Part shown: positions 63,122 through 64,000 of the stretch, one piece after another
How the letters are laid out: each line of letters begins with the position of its first letter
How positions within the stretch are numbered: the stretch's first letter is position 1
Source of the DNA: Octopus sinensis
Lineage: Eukaryota
Direction of reading: 5' to 3'
Assembly (NCBI RefSeq): GCF_006345805.1
Contig: NC_043005.1
Coordinates: forward strand, 98,146,001-98,210,000
DNA length: 64,000 nt
The notes under the pieces: generated by a model
Databases searched by the model: none
Seen by the model: only the letters and a program-made list of their open reading frames with translations
Told to the model about the DNA's origin: nothing
Position numbers and translations under genes: made by a program

Positions 63122-64000
63122 CATATATACGACGGGCTTCTTTCAGTTTCCGTCTACCAAATCCACTCACAAGGCATTGGTCGGCCCGGGGCTATAGCAG
63201 AAGACACTTGCCCAAGATGCCATGCAGTGGGACTGAACCCGGAACCATGTGGTTGGTAAGCAAGCTACTTACCACACTGCCACTCCTGCATCTATATGCA
63301 TATGTATATATTTATTCTTTTAGTCTTTTACTTGTTTCAATCATTTGACTACGGCCATGCTGGAGCACCGCCTTTAGTCGAACAAATCAACTCCAGGACT
63401 TATTCTTTGTAAGCCTAATTATTATTCTATCGGTCTCTTTTGCCGAACCGCTAAGTTTCGGGGATGTGAACACACCAGCATGAGTTGTCAAGCGATGTTG
63501 GGGGGACAAACACAGATATGCAAGCATATACACACACATATATATTCATATATATATATGTATATATACGATGGGCTTCTTCCAGTTTCCGTCTACCAAA
63601 TCTACTCACATGGCTTTGGTCAGCTTGAGGCTATAGTAGAAGACACTTGCCCAAGGTGCCACGCAGTGGGACTGAACTCGGTACCATGTGGTTGGTAAGC
63701 AAGCTACATACCACACAGCCACTCCTGTGCCTATACACAGCCACTCCTGCACCTGTGTATATATATCCATGTATGTATATATATGCATATATGTATATAT
63801 ATATGTATATCTATCTATCTATCTATCTATCTATATATATATATAATCTTTTATTCTTTTATTCTTTTATATTTTTCAGTCATTTGACTGCAGCCATGCT
63901 GGAGCACCGCCTTTAGTCAAACAAATTATCCCACGACTTATTCTTTGTAAATCTAGTACTTATTCTATCAGCCTCTTTTGCCAAACTGCTAGGTTGCAGG
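62870..64000 (-). mobile_element. Three SINE B copies in tandem (last runs off the window)
   Basis: 62870-63290, 63310-63740 and 63850-64000 match 45143-45545. Confidence 0.9.

Overview
AT-rich, repeat-saturated eukaryotic genomic DNA. The SINE, RTE and microsatellite repertoire looks like an octopus (coleoid cephalopod); this is my recognition, not a database result. Most of the window is transposable elements and simple repeats: several tRNA-headed SINE families, a near-full-length RTE LINE (about 21.0-25.0 kb) plus many truncated 3' tails of it, Penelope-like (PLE) RT and terminal fragments with hammerhead-like motifs and palindromes, CR1/L2/R4/BovB scraps, mariner, pogo, Tc1/IS630-like and piggyBac-like DNA transposons, and non-autonomous Helitrons. 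Almost all long ORFs in the track are microsatellite artefacts. Host-gene content is at most a few isolated exon candidates; the best is a 153-nt phase-0 exon on the minus strand (29653-29805), of unknown identity. Highlights: (1) a complete 1.92-kb retroposed element (38786-40705) bounded by a 12-bp TSD that encodes only a zinc-knuckle ORF1, has no RT, and shares its 3' tail with the dominant SINE; (2) a tRNA-headed element ending in a PLE-type hammerhead-like motif (32.8-33.1 kb); (3) a possible spliceosomal intron at the start of the RTE ORF; (4) a Naiad-like PLE RT with TGA directly after the catalytic DD.
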